Source: Phoronis australis (taxonomy: Eukaryota > Animalia > Phoronida). Taken from it: a stretch of 64,000 nt of DNA. The notes under the pieces were generated by a model that made no database searches, had not been told where the DNA came from, and saw only the letters and a program-made list of their open reading frames with translations. Made by a program: the position numbers and the translations under genes. Each line of letters opens with the position of its first letter. Position 1 is the first letter of the stretch. The DNA is taken from NCBI GenBank assembly GCA_002633005.1, contig NMRA01000281.1, positions 17,123 to 81,122 on the forward strand, written 5' to 3'. Of this stretch, positions 63,918 to 64,000 are shown in pieces.

Positions 63918-64000
63918 ATACCCATGTACGTAGAACAGTAAAACTGTGCGCAAACACGCGCAGAGTAACAAGCCAATGTTTACATACCTTGCTCTCTAGG

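Noticed and set aside
1-64000. CRISPR arrays, tRNA/rRNA genes, operon-like prokaryotic systems
   Set aside because: No regularly spaced repeat-spacer arrays or recognisable structural RNA genes were seen, and the window is clearly intron-containing animal DNA.

Overview
This is AT-rich animal genomic DNA, probably from a marine invertebrate, with spliceosomal introns and two N gaps (6476-7195, 16829-16985); it is not prokaryotic. Left to right: (1) the 3' exons of a CLCA-family gene (+) ending in a TM helix and an NPxY tail; (2) a head-to-head pair of intronless, divergent beta-tubulin genes with 432 bp between the start codons, mirrored tandem CRE-like motifs and long non-canonical C-tails; (3) a minus-strand single-CUB type I membrane protein gene rebuilt from 4 exons; (4) a 13-coding-exon golgin-160 (GOLGA3)-like gene (+, about 1390 aa); (5) a decayed Penelope-type retroelement; (6) an intronless orphan class A GPCR (-); (7) a decayed Academ-type DNA transposon with a nested LINE, directly upstream of the GPCR. 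Introns and spacers hold many MITEs and Helentron-like repeats, a 2.6 kb non-autonomous TIR element, a gap-flanking 1.15 kb duplication (probably allelic) and a double perfect palindrome. All family calls are motif recognition by eye; no searches were run.
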